This document shows positions 50,110-64,000 of a stretch of DNA of 64,000 nt, one piece after another. Within the stretch, counting starts at the first letter, position 1; each line of letters opens with the position of its first letter. Position numbers and translations under genes: made by a program. A model generated the notes under the pieces. The model was not told the origin of the DNA. It made no database searches and worked only from the letters and a program-made list of their open reading frames with translations. The DNA is taken from NCBI GenBank assembly GCA_010015585.1, contig ML975163.1, one strand, 5' to 3'. The stretch is from Eremomyces bilateralis CBS 781.70 (Eukaryota).

Positions 50110-50526
50110 TCAAAGATCCTCATTAATCGCGCTCCCGTCCCTCGGCATATACCGCACCCCCGAATCCTCCATCGTCTGCAACACATCGTCCGGCAGCTGT
50201 CCCTCCACCTTCACCGCATACACCCCGGGCACATACCCATCCAAGCGCTGCCACCGCGCGACCCACGAGGCGGACGGGTCCGCGAGCGAGATGCCACCGG
50301 AGTAGACTTGGGAGGTGCAGACTTGCACGTTTTCGGGGGAGCCGGCGAGGTTGAGGAAGGATTCGCAGTTGGGGCAACCGGAATTGATGAAGTGCTGGCC
50401 GGGTTAGTTGGGGATATTAGGAAGAGGGGAGGAGGCGAGGGGGCGTACAGTTTGAGGGAGGATGATGGAGCAGATGATGCAGGCGCGGTGGTTGCGGGAG
50501 TTGGGGGGCGGGATGTTGGATGCCAT
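50110..50526 (-). CDS. SPT4: Transcription elongation factor Spt4
   Basis: Exons 50526-50449, 50394-50110; [54 protein letters not shown]. Confidence 0.95.
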
Positions 50527-50956
50527 GTTAGTTTATTGGATTGATGTAGAGTTTGAAGAGGAGGCGAGAAGTGTATTGCACGGTTATATAGTGCTCGTCG
50601 ATTAGCAAGTAGCGTTATTTATCCCATCAACTGAACCTCTTTACTCTTCAAGTGGCACTCGATGAACCAAGACGGTACGGTCCGGGTTTACCCGAGGATC
50701 AGCCGGTCGTCAGGGTCCCGCCTTGCAACGATCGCCGCTGAACCTTGTCGCCTGTCGGCCTTAACAACTTAAACTTCCATTCCCCATGATTCTTCCATCT
50801 TCCGAAGACTTGAGAGAGCGTTTGGTCCATCGACTGCTTTTGAGTACCTCTTGAACCTTGAAAATATTCTTCTCCTGAACAGCCAAACTTGCCTCGCACT
50901 TCCGATCCCATCCTTCTCCCCCTCCCACCTACCGCGACCGCACACTCCCTGCAAAT

Positions 50957-52725
50957 ATGGCTTCAGGCGAGACGAATGGCCAGCCTGCAGCCGAAGCGAA
51001 GGCGGCCGCCATCGCGCTCAAAGACCAGGGAAATGCTGCATTCAAGGAGCACGATTGGATGAATGCGATCAAGTATTATACCGCAGCGATCGAGAAATAC
51101 GACAAGGAGTCGGCTATATATTCCAACCGCGCCCTCGTAAGTCGGCCAAGCTGAACGGAGCTGTCGCGTGCCGAAATGCTAATGCAAGGGGCGTGTAGAT
51201 GCACATCAAAACCGAAGCCTATGGACTTGCTACTTCGGATGCGAGTAGGGCGATCGAACTGGATGAGAATAATGTTAAGGTATGTGCGCTCAGGAGGGAC
51301 GGGAGGTCGGCACCCCGCACCGCTTCGATCTGGCTGACAGGTTTCTGTAGGCATATTATAGAAGAGCCATCGCCAATACCGCGATATTGAATCACAAGGA
51401 GGCACTCCGGGACTGGAAGATCGTCACCAAGAAAGTCCCCGCCGACAAGAAGGCGAAAGGGTACTACGAAGAATGCCAGAAACAGCTAAAGCGGGATGCG
51501 TTCCTGAAAGCGATCGATGTGGGCGACGAGGCGTCGGCAGCGGAGGGACTGCATGTCGAGGAGATGGTGGTGGATAAGGACTATGATGGTGCGAGGCTAG
51601 GGGACGAGATGACGCAAGAGTTCATCGACGATATGATCCAGCGGTTTAAGAATGGGAAGACGATACATAAGAAATATCTCTACCAGATTATCTTGGCGGT
51701 TAAGGATATCCTCACGAAAGAGCCGACGATGGTGGAGGTGGATGTTCCCAAGGAGCATAACATCACAGTCTGTGGCGATACGCACGGTAAGACGTTTTTA
51801 TCTCCTTTCCGGAAACCCATTCTAATATACCTTAGGCCAATTCTTCGACCTTCTCGAAATCTTCCGCCTCGCAGGGGCACCCTCCTCAACACATTACTTC
51901 CTTTTCAACGGCGACTTCGTCGACCGCGGCTCCTGGTCCTGCGAAATCGCCCTCCTCCTGTACGCCTACAAATGGCTCTCCCCCAACACCTTCTTCCTCA
52001 ACCGCGGCAACCACGAAACCGACGACATGAACCGGATGTACGGCTTCGAAGGGGAGTGCAAAGCCAAATACAAGTCCGAACGCGTATTCAAGCTCTTCTC
52101 CGAGTCCTTCTCCGCACTCCCCCTAGCGACGCTGATCGGCCAGAAGTTCTTCGTGCTCCATGGCGGGCTGTTCTCGGATGACGATATCACCCTGGATGAT
52201 GTGCGGAAGTTGGATCGGTTCAAGCAGCGGCAGCCAGGGCAGAGTGGGTTGATGATGGAGATGCTGTGGACGGATCCGCAACCCGCGCCCGGGAGAGGGC
52301 CGAGCAAGCGTGGTGTGGGGCTGCAGTTCGGGCCGGATGTGACGAAGAGATTCTGTGAGCGGAATGGGTTGGATGCCATCATTCGAAGTCACGAGGTTCG
52401 GATGGAGGGCTATGAGGTGGAACATGATGGACGATGCATCACAGGTACGTCGTGCTTCGATTCCATGACCCGAGGATTTAAGTTCGGTGCTAACTACCTG
52501 CAGTCTTCTCCGCTCCGAAATACTGCGATACCACGGAGAATAAGGGCGCGTTCATCAACATCGGCCCGGAGTATAAGCTCGAATACACCAAATTCGACGC
52601 TGTCCCCCATCCTCCGGTGAAAGCAATGGTACGTATCTGACTCCTGTTCAGCCAGCCATTCGGGATCTTAACTAACCATTGTCCAGCAATACGCCTCCAA
52701 TGCACTCATGAATTTCATGAATTAA
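50957..52725 (+). CDS. PPT1: Ser/Thr protein phosphatase 5 (TPR + PPP domain)
   Basis: Exons 50957-51136, 51199-51279, 51351-51786, 51836-52444, 52504-52628, 52687-52725; N-terminal TPRs, GDTHGQ, GDFVDRG, RGNHE, HGG, SAPKYC. Confidence 0.95.
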
Positions 52726-54134
52726 CCTCCCCCACTCCATCGACCGTCCACCTTGCATTTGGAGGGCCCCCTTCAGCTTTCCCTCCGTAATTCGCATTCT
52801 CCGCCTCCGGTTCTATTCATGTGCACCTTCACGGTTCCTTCTCTGCACCCGCTCTGCCGGGTTCTGGCGTCTTTTTGGGGCTCATGCTTCTGCATAGCGT
52901 GGCAATTTTGGGGTTTGGACGTAACGATCTTTTCTGCTTCATGTGGTTTTGATACATGGGGATCTGTACATGGTGACACTAGGACTGGGTTGACTGAATA
53001 GAGAAAACGTGCATGGATGACTTTGCAGGAATTTTGTCGAAATGTGAGGAGATGCTGTCTAATGGGGTTTTCTGTCTTTTTAACGTGATCATGCTTCGTT
53101 CTCTGGAAGCCTTCCGGGGGGCTTCAAACTTTCCCGTTTCAAACGTGCCTCTGAACCCTCGACCAATTCCGTTTGATTTTGGCGTTTAGGCGACACTGCA
53201 CGCTGCATTGCATGGTGCACCGCATTGGTCCAAAACATCAGCCTTGGTCGATCAGCTCATCGTGCCGCTCCTGCAGAGCCCGGAAATGGCGTCCAATCCG
53301 GATCGTGAAAGTAAGAACTGATTCCAGAATCTCTATCCAAGCCGAGGAGAGAGTCACGATTGGGAATTAAGGCGAACGGTACTGCATAGCCCTCTTGTAG
53401 GTCTACGCGTGCAAACATTGACAGCCAATTAGACAATGTATTCGGTCGCTAGTTTTTAGGGGTAGTAATACATATGCGATCCTCAAACATGAAGCAGCCG
53501 GCAATGACGCGCGAACCGTGACGCGGACATCGAACAGGCGCAGCGGGAGAGCCGGAGAGTTCAAGGATACAGGTCGAGACGCACACATGGACGCTTATAT
53601 TTGGCTTCGTGCTGGTTGAATTTGTGATCTCCCGCGAAGTAGTTGTGTATTTCTGCCCCATCTAGGAAAGAGTAGGCCGTAGAGATTTAGCTGTCTCTAC
53701 TTCGTTACTCGTAGTCGCTATCTAGACGCTGGAACTGTTGTACCACTGTAATAACTATTTCATGACTATGTTGTGGGACTCCTAAGCAATCTCGCATTCA
53801 AGCAACGTTGAATAGACTACCGTTATAACTGATGAACTTGTCGGTAGTGAAGATCGTTTTAACCCCCTAGTGAAATTGCCTTGGATCTGTTTCGATGTTT
53901 AAGCTTAACTACTCTGTGCTCAGTCATATGCCAGTTGAGCAGCATCACGCGTGGTTCCTTTGCGAACCATGTCCGATAAAATGCAGGTATTTCGCTGAGG
54001 GTTGTTGCCCATTGTTGTTTCTTCGTTCCAAATCCAGTGCAGGGGGCTGTACTTCAAGTACCACACAGGTGACAGGGTGAGGAAATGGAAGGGAGTGGCA
54101 CAGCAAAAGCAGGCTGTAGTTTAGTGTATAATAA

Positions 54135-54221
54135 CTCCATACATGCCCCAAGAATCAGCACTGCTCCATACATGCCCCAAGAATCAGCCCTGCTCCATAC
54201 ATGTCCCAAGAATCAGCACTG
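54135..54221. repeat. 29-bp minisatellite x3
   Basis: CTCCATACATGCCCCAAGAATCAGCACTG x3, with one substitution each in copies 2 and 3. Confidence 0.9.
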
Positions 54222-56735
54222 CAACATGCATGACCAGCGTTGCATGCTGCATGTCCAGCGCCGCATATGCATGCACGAACTACCTCCACGCTGTCGCCTT
54301 CCTGCCCAAGGTATACAAATTACCATGATTGGCGGAAGGGAAATGCTACTCTGGGTATAGATATAAAATATGATCCTTCCCCTTTCCCCCGGCACTACTG
54401 AAAAAGATGCACAGTCTTTCGCATACATGTCTGGCGGTTCAACAAGGCATGACCTCCAAGCTTCAACTGGACAGCATTGACACTCATTGATGAGGTGAGA
54501 ACCCATGAATCAACCCTTGATGCTCGTCTGAGTAGAGTCCTAGATAACCTCCGCAACGATGAGTCCAGAAGTGATTTGCTCCGTGATATTTGGTATCGTG
54601 GCAGCGCTGATTGCGATGGTTGGGGTGCTACAAACATTTTTTCATCGACAGGCCCATCGTATATACACCCCAAGATCTCCTATAGGCGTTAATAGCGGCT
54701 AATGTACAAGACAGAGAGCGATCTCGAAGCGCAGCGAGTCTGGTTCGGTCAACTTCCATCCCACCATAGAGAAAGACTCGACGTACCATTCGAAGTCATG
54801 GGTCAACCACTCGAAATGAGTTCGCCGCCGCCGATAAGTTATCAGGACGGAGGAGCCCAAATGAATCATTTCAGACCACCCGAACCGTGAACCTTCAGCA
54901 TGATGTTCGGTTGAGCATACCGTACGGCCGATATGACACGACCTATGATCCAAAATAGAAAATCCGGTGTGCGCTTTGCGTCGAGGAGAACATGCTTAGC
55001 CACATCGATATTCCGACGCGGTATATACGAGCAACGCACCCGAAGGTCGACTTCCCAGGCAATCGTCCGCGACTCAACTCGGCCTTCCCCTGTCTCATTA
55101 TATCTTCACGCCCAGAGGGCAAGTTTCATCTGCATGGAGGCACAGATGCAACGAGGCCCACGGTTTCGTACTTATCTGCACCTCCCCATTGGATCCACTG
55201 TGGTCTTCAAAAAACAAGACAAGAATTGTACAAAAGGATATAGAGGAAGACTCGATGTTGTTGTATTTGACTTGACAGTGACGTCAGGGGCATTTGACTT
55301 GTAAAGGTGCAACCCGGAGCGACTCATAGCACATGGACTTGTAACGCAGTAAACCCCAGGCTAAACAAAAGACTTCAATGGATGTATGATTTCGATAAAA
55401 TTATTCACCTCTGCTGTTTCCACCATCATCCGTAAACATCATCCGTCAACGACTGGGCAGAAATGGAAATAGAAGAAAGGAAGAACACAAACACAGCTGC
55501 GTATGAAAAACTGGATTTCTGCTAGATGATAGTTGCAAAGGAATCAGCTTCTATCGAGCAATAGATAATTCCGCAGACTGCAATACCTATTCCGTAATGT
55601 ACTGTCAGTTCGGACGCATGATAGAATTTGTAGATGGTTACGGAGCGAACAGGCTGGCTTAATGGATGGTAGACCAGCAAAATTCCCAGTCTCAAGCACA
55701 GATAACTTTTTCTCAGTTGCTCTCAGTGAGCAAAAGTGTAATTTATTGGTTGCGCTGTAATTATTGGATAATGAAGTACGCTAGTTAATTTCGATACTGA
55801 ATTTACCAGCAGTCACAATTGCAATTGGCTGAAATAGTTAAAAAGTTGACACTAAGCTTTTTCTAATACATATCCCTATCCTCAAGTAATCCTCCACATC
55901 TCCTCACCTTGCCCGCTATCCAGTCACATGATTACGTCAGGCTACAATATTTGCTTGCATGTGCTTTGTGCTTTCGACATGGTCACTCACCACAAACTCA
56001 CACTCCCCCAAGTTCCCCCAAGTCTTGTCGCAGTTCCGCGGAGGGTGGATATTAATTGTTGCCTTTATGTTCCGTCCGCCTTACATTTCTTACCACTCAA
56101 TATCAGTGTTTGTTCATCGATCACCAATACCTAGTGAGTGATAGGAAACTATATGCACTTCTCTTTCCTTATCAATTTCCTCTCCACCGACGTTACCAAA
56201 CCAAGAATGGTATTTCGTACAATCAATTCCATCACTTCAACCGTTTGATATTGGATGCTTCCACCTTCGGCTATCTCATTAGTTAATCGCATCGATTGTA
56301 ATCCTTGTTGATCGATGGACCATTCAGCCAATGAGCGAGATGAACTGGGTATTTCCTCGGAGCTAGCCATGATAAGGCGATATTGGTGCAAGTGACGCCA
56401 GCTGCAAACTAAAAAATTTGTGCATGCTTCTCCATGGAGAATTGGAGATGTATTATTGCCCCCGTGTGGAACCATCGAGGATTAGACTAAGGGACTTTAT
56501 CTATGACCATATTTGAAGGACAAGATGTCCATGCTCTTTCCCCAATGCTGCTGCGAATAGTTCCTGTGGTGAAGGTTTTTCGTATAGATATCAACTTCTG
56601 CGAAAACGGTTGACAACAGCGAGCAGTTGGGATAAAACCTCGATTTACAAGCAATTGATAGCTCTCCGGACCGATATCTCTAGCCTCGTCCCTCACGACT
56701 ACCGGACCGAGTCGAGTCAAAGTCCCGCAAGAACG

Positions 56736-58579
56736 ATGGCCTTCAACCCCGCCCTCCTCACCGCCATTGACTCGACCTCCCACGTCCACCTCATAATCGG
56801 CAGCAACCCTCTTGCTGGCGCACGATGCGGGCGTTCGATCGAAGTCGGCGCTCGCCCGATCCTGATTGCGCCGCCAATTGCACCCATGCACTATGGGCTG
56901 TCCAAGCGAATTGAGGACGGGGAGGTGGAGTGGGTGAAGCGGGAGTTTCAAGATGAGGATCTGAAAACGTTGGGAAGAGAGCAAGTAGATAGGGTGGTGG
57001 ATGCTGTGTTCGTCACGTTGGGGCCGAGAAACCCGGCCAGTAAGTTGATCATTGGATGGTGAGACCACATTGGACAAGTTGCTGACGCAAATGTTGGATA
57101 GGCACACATATCTCGAATCTATGTCGAAGACTGCGCATACCAGTCAACGTAGCAGAGGCGGCTCATCTGTGCACATTCACGCTCCTCTCCACTCACAACG
57201 ATGGGCCGCTACAAATCGGCGTGACCACATCTGGGAAAGGATGCAAACTCTCTTCGCGCATCCGTCGCGAGATCACATCATCCCTCCCACCGAACCTAGG
57301 AACCGCAGTCTCCAAGCTTGGAACGCTCCGGAGGAGAATATGGGAAGAAGACTACAAAGAAGAAGCACAGGAGCTGGAAGCAGAAGACGACGATTCGGGA
57401 CAGTCCGCCACATTCAACAAGCTGGTTACACTAGAGGATCTGGAAGCGATCAAGACCAGGCGGATGCGCTGGCTTTCGCAGATATGCGAATATTGGCCAT
57501 TAAATCGACTGGCGAGCATATCCGATGCAGACGTTGATGTCCTGTTGAACAACTACACTTCCTCCATCCTCTCATCTTCGAATTTGTCGACCTCCCGAAC
57601 GACATCGACACTACCAGCCTCTCTCATTCCCGCCCTTCCACCTCGCAAACCCTACATCACTCTCGCAGGATCCGGCCCAGGAAGCCCTCACCTCCTCACT
57701 CTCGCGACCCTCTCCGCCCTCCGCACGCACCCCGTAATCCTCACCGATAAGCTCGTCCCCGCCGCCGTCCTATCCCTCATCCCCCGCCGCACAACCGTCC
57801 ACATCGCCCGAAAATTCCCCGGGTCCGCCGAGGCGGCTCAGGACGAACTCCTATCCCTTGCAGAAGAAGGCCTGAAGTCCGGCAAACATGTGCTGCGACT
57901 CAAGCAGGGCGATCCGTATTTGTTTGGACGGGGAGGAGAGGAAGCCAAGTGGTTTGAGGAGCGGGGTTGGGAGGTTAGGGTGTTACCTGGAATTACGAGT
58001 GCACTGAGTGCGCCACTGTGTGCAGGCGTACCGGTCACACAGCGAGGAGTGGCGGATGGGGTGTTGTTAGTGACGGGAACGGGAAGGAAGGGGAAGGCAC
58101 CAGCTCCGCCGACATACATGCCGACGACCACGGTGGTATTTTTAATGGGGCTGCATCGGCTTGAAAGTCTCGTTGCATCCCTTATTGCGCCAGCTGGAAG
58201 AAAGGTGGGGGAGAACGAAGGGGAAACACAACTGGAGTCTGACAAGAGAGGGTTACCACCAGGTTGGACGGCCTGGCCGAGAGAGACACCGATCTGCATC
58301 GTCGAGAGGGCGAGCTGCCCGGATCAGCGCATTGTTCGGTCCAGTCTTCAGCATGTCGTGGCGGCGATGGAGGAGTTGGGGAGTAGGCCGCCGGGGTTGA
58401 TAGTCATGGGGAATGCATGCGAGGTATTACGGGCCCCGGGGGGAAGATGGAGCGTGGAAGAAGGGGTCGGAGGCCTTTGCGGTGGTGGCATGGAGGGTGA
58501 TGGGCTGGAGGGGTTGCTGGGGATGGTGGATGGGTTGGGGTTGAAGGAGGGAGTGGTGCAGGATCCGACAGAGTCATAA
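56736..58579 (+). CDS. MET1: Uroporphyrinogen-III C-methyltransferase (siroheme synthesis, CysG-like architecture)
   Basis: Exons 56736-57039, 57102-58579; RIPVNVA, GPLQIGVTTSGKGCKL, LAGSGPG, LRLKQGDPYLFGRGGEE, PGITSAL, ERASCPDQR. Confidence 0.93.
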
Positions 58580-59019
58580 TGGTGATCGCATTGTATGTCG
58601 AGTATTTGATGCCTAACATATATATGTATAATACATGTACAAATCTATTCCAATAGAGAAAATTTCGGTGCATCATTCTGTTGCAATTTAATATTGAATC
58701 CTGGAGTTCGATATCCCCTATCAAATCACAGTCCGGGGGTCTAAAATCGGATCGGAGCTCCACCGTCGCGCCGAAGGGGCCGGATCTCCAGGATGACCGC
58801 TTGTATCTCACATTGGCTCCATGGCCAATGCTCAACCACTCCGCGTCAACTCCAACGCGTATCGTGTCCTAAACTTCGAGCTTAGAGCTGAACAGATCAA
58901 TGTAATTCTTAAGCATCGATCCCAATGCATTATGCGTACCCTCATCATCCCCGTGGACTGCTAAGAAGCCGTTAAATGGCCTCTCCGCCTTCCTATCGCT
59001 CCGCACCCTCACCACCAAG

Positions 59020-62000
59020 ATGGTGACCTTCACCGAGGTGCTGGCCATCTACACCATCGGCGGCCTGACCTTCGTCCCTCTCCTTCTTGGACTCGTCCTC
59101 CTTCACGCCCACTTAACCTTCCCAACACGCGATACATCCACCCCTCCCACGAACAGATCCAGCTATGCCAGCACCATCTCCAACGGCGACGCCCACTCCG
59201 CCAGCCGAGAAGTCAAAGAAGAGCTCGAGGGGCTGCCGGAGGAGCTTCGCCCACGGACTCACGAGCCGGATGTTGCGGCCGGATACTTTGCGGTGTACCG
59301 CGACTTCATGGCGGGGTGGCTGGCGAACAAGCCGTTAGAGAAAGCCGCGGCGGTGAATGGGTATGGCGGGCTACCGAACGAGAGCCCAAGTGTGTATCAG
59401 AGCATGTATCGGAGTATCTTTGACCGAAGCAAGAATGCGCCGCCGAGTATGGAGAAGAACGGGAAGAGGGGGAGCAACGTGTTCTTCGTGGTATTGAGGT
59501 GAGTGGATGGATAAGGGCAGGGTATAGAGACAGATGGCTGACTGAATCCGGGTTTAGGCATGGGCATTTGATGCTATACGATAACGCGGAACAACTGGAA
59601 GTGAGGCACGTCATTTCATTGGCGTATCACGATGTGGATATCTATGGAGGCGGCGAGATCATTCCAGATGGGGAACTTTTTGTCAAGAGAAACTGCCTGC
59701 GGTTGAAGAGGAAACGGTTGATCGGCGATACGACACCTGAATCGAAGCCCTTCTATCTATATACCGACAACTGCTCGATGAAGGAGGACTTTTACCATGC
59801 TCTGGTTCAAAGCCAAGAGCATGACGACTCGCCCCCGCTTCCGCTCAAATTTGAGCCAACCGACATCGTCAGGCTAGTCCAACAGCTTCACGCATCTGAG
59901 GAGAATCTGCAGACACGATGGTTCAACGCCATCATGGGGCGGGTCTTCCTCTCTATGTACAAGACCCGGTTCATCGAGAACTTCATCCGCCTGAAGGTCA
60001 CCAAGAAGATTGCGCGGGTTCAGAAACCGGCGTTTATCACAAGCTTGACGGTGCGGCACATCCATATGGGCGATAGCGCACCGATGATCACAAACCCCAA
60101 ACTGAAGGAGCTCACGCTCGATGGGCAGCTCACTTGTGAAGCTGATCTCAGCTACAAAGGCAACTTCCGGATTGAAATCGGAGCCATCCTCCGCATCGAT
60201 CTCGGCCAGCGGTTCAAGGCCCGTGAGGTAGAGGTCGTGCTCGCCAGCATCTTCAAATCGATCGAAGGCCACATCCTCCTACGTATCAAACCTCCTCCCA
60301 CCAATCGTATCTGGTTCTCATTCGAGACCATGCCGAAGCTCGAAATGACCGTGGAGCCCATCGTTTCTTCACGGCAGATTACCTATGGTTTCATCCTCCG
60401 TACCATCGAGAATCGCATCCGGGAAGTTTTCGGCGAGACGCTTGTCCTCCCGAACTGGGACGATACGCCGTTCTTCGACACCACCGAGCAGCAGTTCCGT
60501 GCCGGAATTTGGGAGAACGACCAAGCCTCCGCTGCCACACCCACAGATAAGCAGACCGCTGCTGCGCATCACGGCCTCGTTGACCTTGTCGACAAAGGTG
60601 ATGCTGGCTCCGAAGACGAGGAGACAACCCCGCCATTATCAAGCACCCCTCCGGACGCAAATGAGAAAGCAATAAGCATGCCCAGCCTACTTGACTCCAT
60701 CCAAATCAACCAGAGGCCACCCCGAAAATCACCTACGAGTGTCTCTCTGGACAACACCACCGATATCACCAAGCCGCCGCAAGGGTTCTCCTCCTCCGTC
60801 GACGCCTCTTCCCCCCGCCCAGAAGCCGCCGCACCAAAGGCCATGCGTTCACGATCCTTTGCTTCTGCTGCCACTCCAGTCGTGTCTGCCGATCAAGCCA
60901 CGACTGAGTCACTCACCGCGTCTCCGCCGCCTCAACAGAATGTAAGGAGGAAGTTCCTGGGCGGGAAGAAAGACAAGTCTGAGCCGAAGGACGCGGCATC
61001 AGCAATGAAGGATATATCGGCGAGGAGTATGAGTAGTTTGGGTATGGCGAATGAGAGCGCGCTGCAGAGTCCCGTGGGAACGCCACCCGAGCAAAGTGGC
61101 TTCATGGGACGGGCGAAGGGGGATAGCCTGAGTTCAACGAGCTCGAAGGATTCGAACGGTTTGGAGAGTAGCAAGGACCAAGAGGCTGGATCGTTGGCTA
61201 TGGCTGGCGCTCAAACCGATGGTCAGGATGAGAGTACGAGCAGCTTAGCTACCGCGATGAAGCGTGGTCACAGCACGAAGCACTCAGTCGACAGCACGAG
61301 ATCGTTCGGCGATGACATTCGCTCCATCACTTCCGAGACCTCCCACGCCAGCAACGAGACCGCGCGATCGAGTGGTTCTCTGGGTGGAGTGAGCAGGTCA
61401 GGAACTAGCCTGAGCGAGAAGCACCATCGCAAGCCTCTGGCTGCTGCTCGGGCGGCACTTACGGACCCCGAAACGCGACAGACTGTGCAAGCGAGCGTCA
61501 ATGCAGCGGTTTTGGGAGCGAGAAAGTGGGGACTCGGAGTTTTGCAACGGCAAGCGTCGGCAAGGGCGGCGAGGAATCGACTTTCGGTAGGTTCGCAGGA
61601 TGGCGGACAATATGTAGCAGAAGGCGGATTAGCAGCTGCTACACAAGAGGAAGAGACAACAGATGGCACGGATGTGAAAGGAGAGCCGCTAGTGTTAGAA
61701 GATAACAGTGGCCATGGAGAGACAACTCCAAGGCCTAGTATGGCAGAGTCGATATCTCGCCCAGCGAGCAGCTCGAGCACCGCAGACCGACCGGCCAGGA
61801 AGCGAAATGTCTCTTCCGGCAATGTCGAGTTATTTCCGACGCATCTCTCGAAGACAATGCCGATGCGCGGCGCTCCAGGCTCGCCAGGAGCACCTATTGG
61901 AAGAGGAAGGCCGCTGCCTCCACCTGGGGTCCCGTTACCCGGGCCAGAGCGTGAGAGACAGACTTGGGTGGGCTCATTGGTAGGATTGGGGAGGAAGAAA

Positions 62001-63290
62001 GTTCCTGGCGGCCAGGAGAGTCCTGGTCTATCCGCCCTAGACGGGCAGGAAGGGCAGGTCAATGGACGTTCCAGACCTGGGTCTGTGTCCAGTTTACCGC
62101 TGTCTGTTAAAGAACAACTCGAAGATGCGAATGGTACGGAGGATTCTGGACAACCAAGCGTCGAGACCACCGAAGAACGGGCGGAATCGGCTCAACCTGG
62201 AGAGACACGCAGCCTTACGAAGCAACCCAGCCGTGGCTCCATAGCTGAGCCTTCGAAACCCATCCGTCGAATCCCCGTCCCCGTCATCAACACCTCCATT
62301 AGCGCATCTTCCGAACCCGCAACGCAGACGCCAACTCCTACAACCGCAACACCCGCCATCCGACCCAGTCTCTCCAAACGGCACTCGACCAGCACCTTAT
62401 CTCCCGACTCCCGCCGCTCCAGCATCCCCATCTTCAGCGACCGGTTAGCCGAGGAGCTGGCGAAGACTCCACCGCCTCTTCCATCGCAGCGGCGGGCTAG
62501 CCCGGGCGGATCGCGGATTCCGAACATCAGCAGGTCGAGTAGCACCGAGTCGAGGCGGACCCACCGTACTATAAGTCCGAGGCCCAGCAGTGTGATGTTA
62601 GGGGACTTGAGAGTGAGTATGGCATTGATGGGGGAAGACGCGAAGGAGCAAGAGCCAATGGCTAGCATCTCGGATGAGGCAAAAGTAACCAGCATCGAAG
62701 AAAAGGCCCAGGAAGACATTACGAGTGTCACGACGAATAGTTCTTCCCAGAAAGTCGAGGAGAAAGAATCAGCTCCAGACGATTTATTACCTGAACCGCT
62801 CCCCCAAAGCCCTCATCGGCACCCCAAACCACCGCTTCCACCTCGTCATCCCAAACGGTCTTCCGCCGACGCCTCATCCGACTCCTCCGACTCCTCCACC
62901 CTCCATGATCCCGTCAACTCTACCTTCTTCGGCCACGATTCCTCTGCCGCCAAGGCCGCTGTTTCACCTCTCTCGACATCCGACCAAGACATTGCCAGTC
63001 CCGCCTCAGGAGACCCCGCCACCCACCCTCCCTCAAATCCATCGATCCCCGGAACCGAAACCAACACCGAAACACCAGCAGCGCCAGTATCATCCGAGCC
63101 GTCGCCAATCATCATTTCCCATCACGAATATGATCCCGACGCGCCGGTCAAGCGGCGTCCGGTGCCCAAGCCGCCGTTGCCGAAGCGACACGAGCATCGT
63201 ACGGTGGCGGAGGAGAGCAAGGAGAAGGACATCGGTGTTGGAGTGCTAAGTGGACATATGGGAAAGGCATTGGTGGACACGACAGAGTGA
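59020..63290 (+). CDS. NVJ2: PH + SMP domain membrane-contact lipid transfer protein (Nvj2/TEX2)
   Basis: N-terminal TM (YTIGGLTFVPLL), intron 59499-59557, PH-like VVLRHGHLMLYD..KEDFYHAL, SMP TRWFNAIMGRVF..IKPPPTNRIWFSF..VLPNWDD, long disordered tail. Confidence 0.88.
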
Positions 63291-64000
63291 GCAGCCCGCC
63301 AGAAGGGACTTCTTGCCGACGATATATCTCAACCGGATGACGCGACTCGTTCATCCTGTCCGTCACCGCTTCGTTCGCCCCTCTGCCAGCGTGCTATCAA
63401 CGTCCATGGGCTGGCTGATGCAGCCAGTGACGGATACGATTACCTATCTTCCTGTCCATATCTTATGTTGTTCGCGACGGTGGCTAAGGAAACGCCTTCT
63501 TTTGGCGTTCGTTTTAGAGATTCGAAATACCCAGCATATAATTGTGTCTATCATCAAGGTAGTAGCCTACGAATCAAGTCGTTGATTTCTTCCTACGCAT
63601 TTCTTGCATCGTGTGTCTTGAGGACTTGCTTCAGCTGGTGAGTCGGATGAGTAGGCGTGTGCTATGACCTCGACTTGTAAGCTCAGTCAAATGTATCGCG
63701 CCTGGTGTCTCCTGTATCAACGTCCACGTATCCAGGCCATCGTCGCTGATATTAGAGGAGGTTCATTGGGGACGCACACGAGCTTGTTCGCTACGTGAGC
63801 TTATTCCTTCATCCACGTCGATGCGACGTGATTTTTTTTCAGCTTCAGCCTCTTGCCTCAAGCCATCTAATCTCTTTCACTGTGTACAATCCTCCAGTGC
63901 CAACCAGTGGTATCCGCGGCGCTTCTCTCTTGCCCCATTCTCGACTTGCTAAATGCCTTATGTACAGGGGCATCAAGATGGGAAACATTACACAGTGTGC

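Noticed and set aside
54135..54221. CRISPR array
   Set aside because: Head-to-tail repeats without spacers in a eukaryotic genome
61268..62170. 300-aa antisense ORF within NVJ2 (and similar antisense ORFs in DHR1, CWC25 and the acyl-CoA synthetase)
   Set aside because: Shadow frames of GC-rich coding sequence, with no motifs
63814..63839. Hairpin CACGTCG-ATG-CGACGTG plus a T-run as an intrinsic terminator
   Set aside because: Eukaryotic context; more likely promoter DNA of a gene beyond the window

Overview
Eukaryotic genomic DNA from a filamentous ascomycete (Pezizomycotina). This is inferred from short GT-AG introns with CTRAC/CTAAC branch points and from the protein families present. The window is a gene-dense housekeeping region with about 20 recognisable genes: tubulin cofactor B (partial), a Myb factor, class II aldolase, a small conserved protein, a DHA1 MFS transporter, DHR1, CWC25, CSN2, otubain, RAV2/Rogdi, SUR7, a DUF2011-like protein, RFC4, a peroxisomal long-chain acyl-CoA synthetase, MID1, SPT4, PPT1, MET1 and NVJ2, plus a truncated NACHT (NLR) relic. 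I see no biosynthetic cluster, intact transposon, tRNA, rRNA or CRISPR array. The most interesting signals are at RNA level and all are unverified predictions: a putative poison cassette exon in an unusually long TBCB intron, a probable GUG start for the Myb gene, several unannotated spliced transcripts or structured RNA candidates in long intergenic gaps, and a uORF whose stop overlaps the MID1 start. Family assignments come from motif recognition by eye; no database searches were run.
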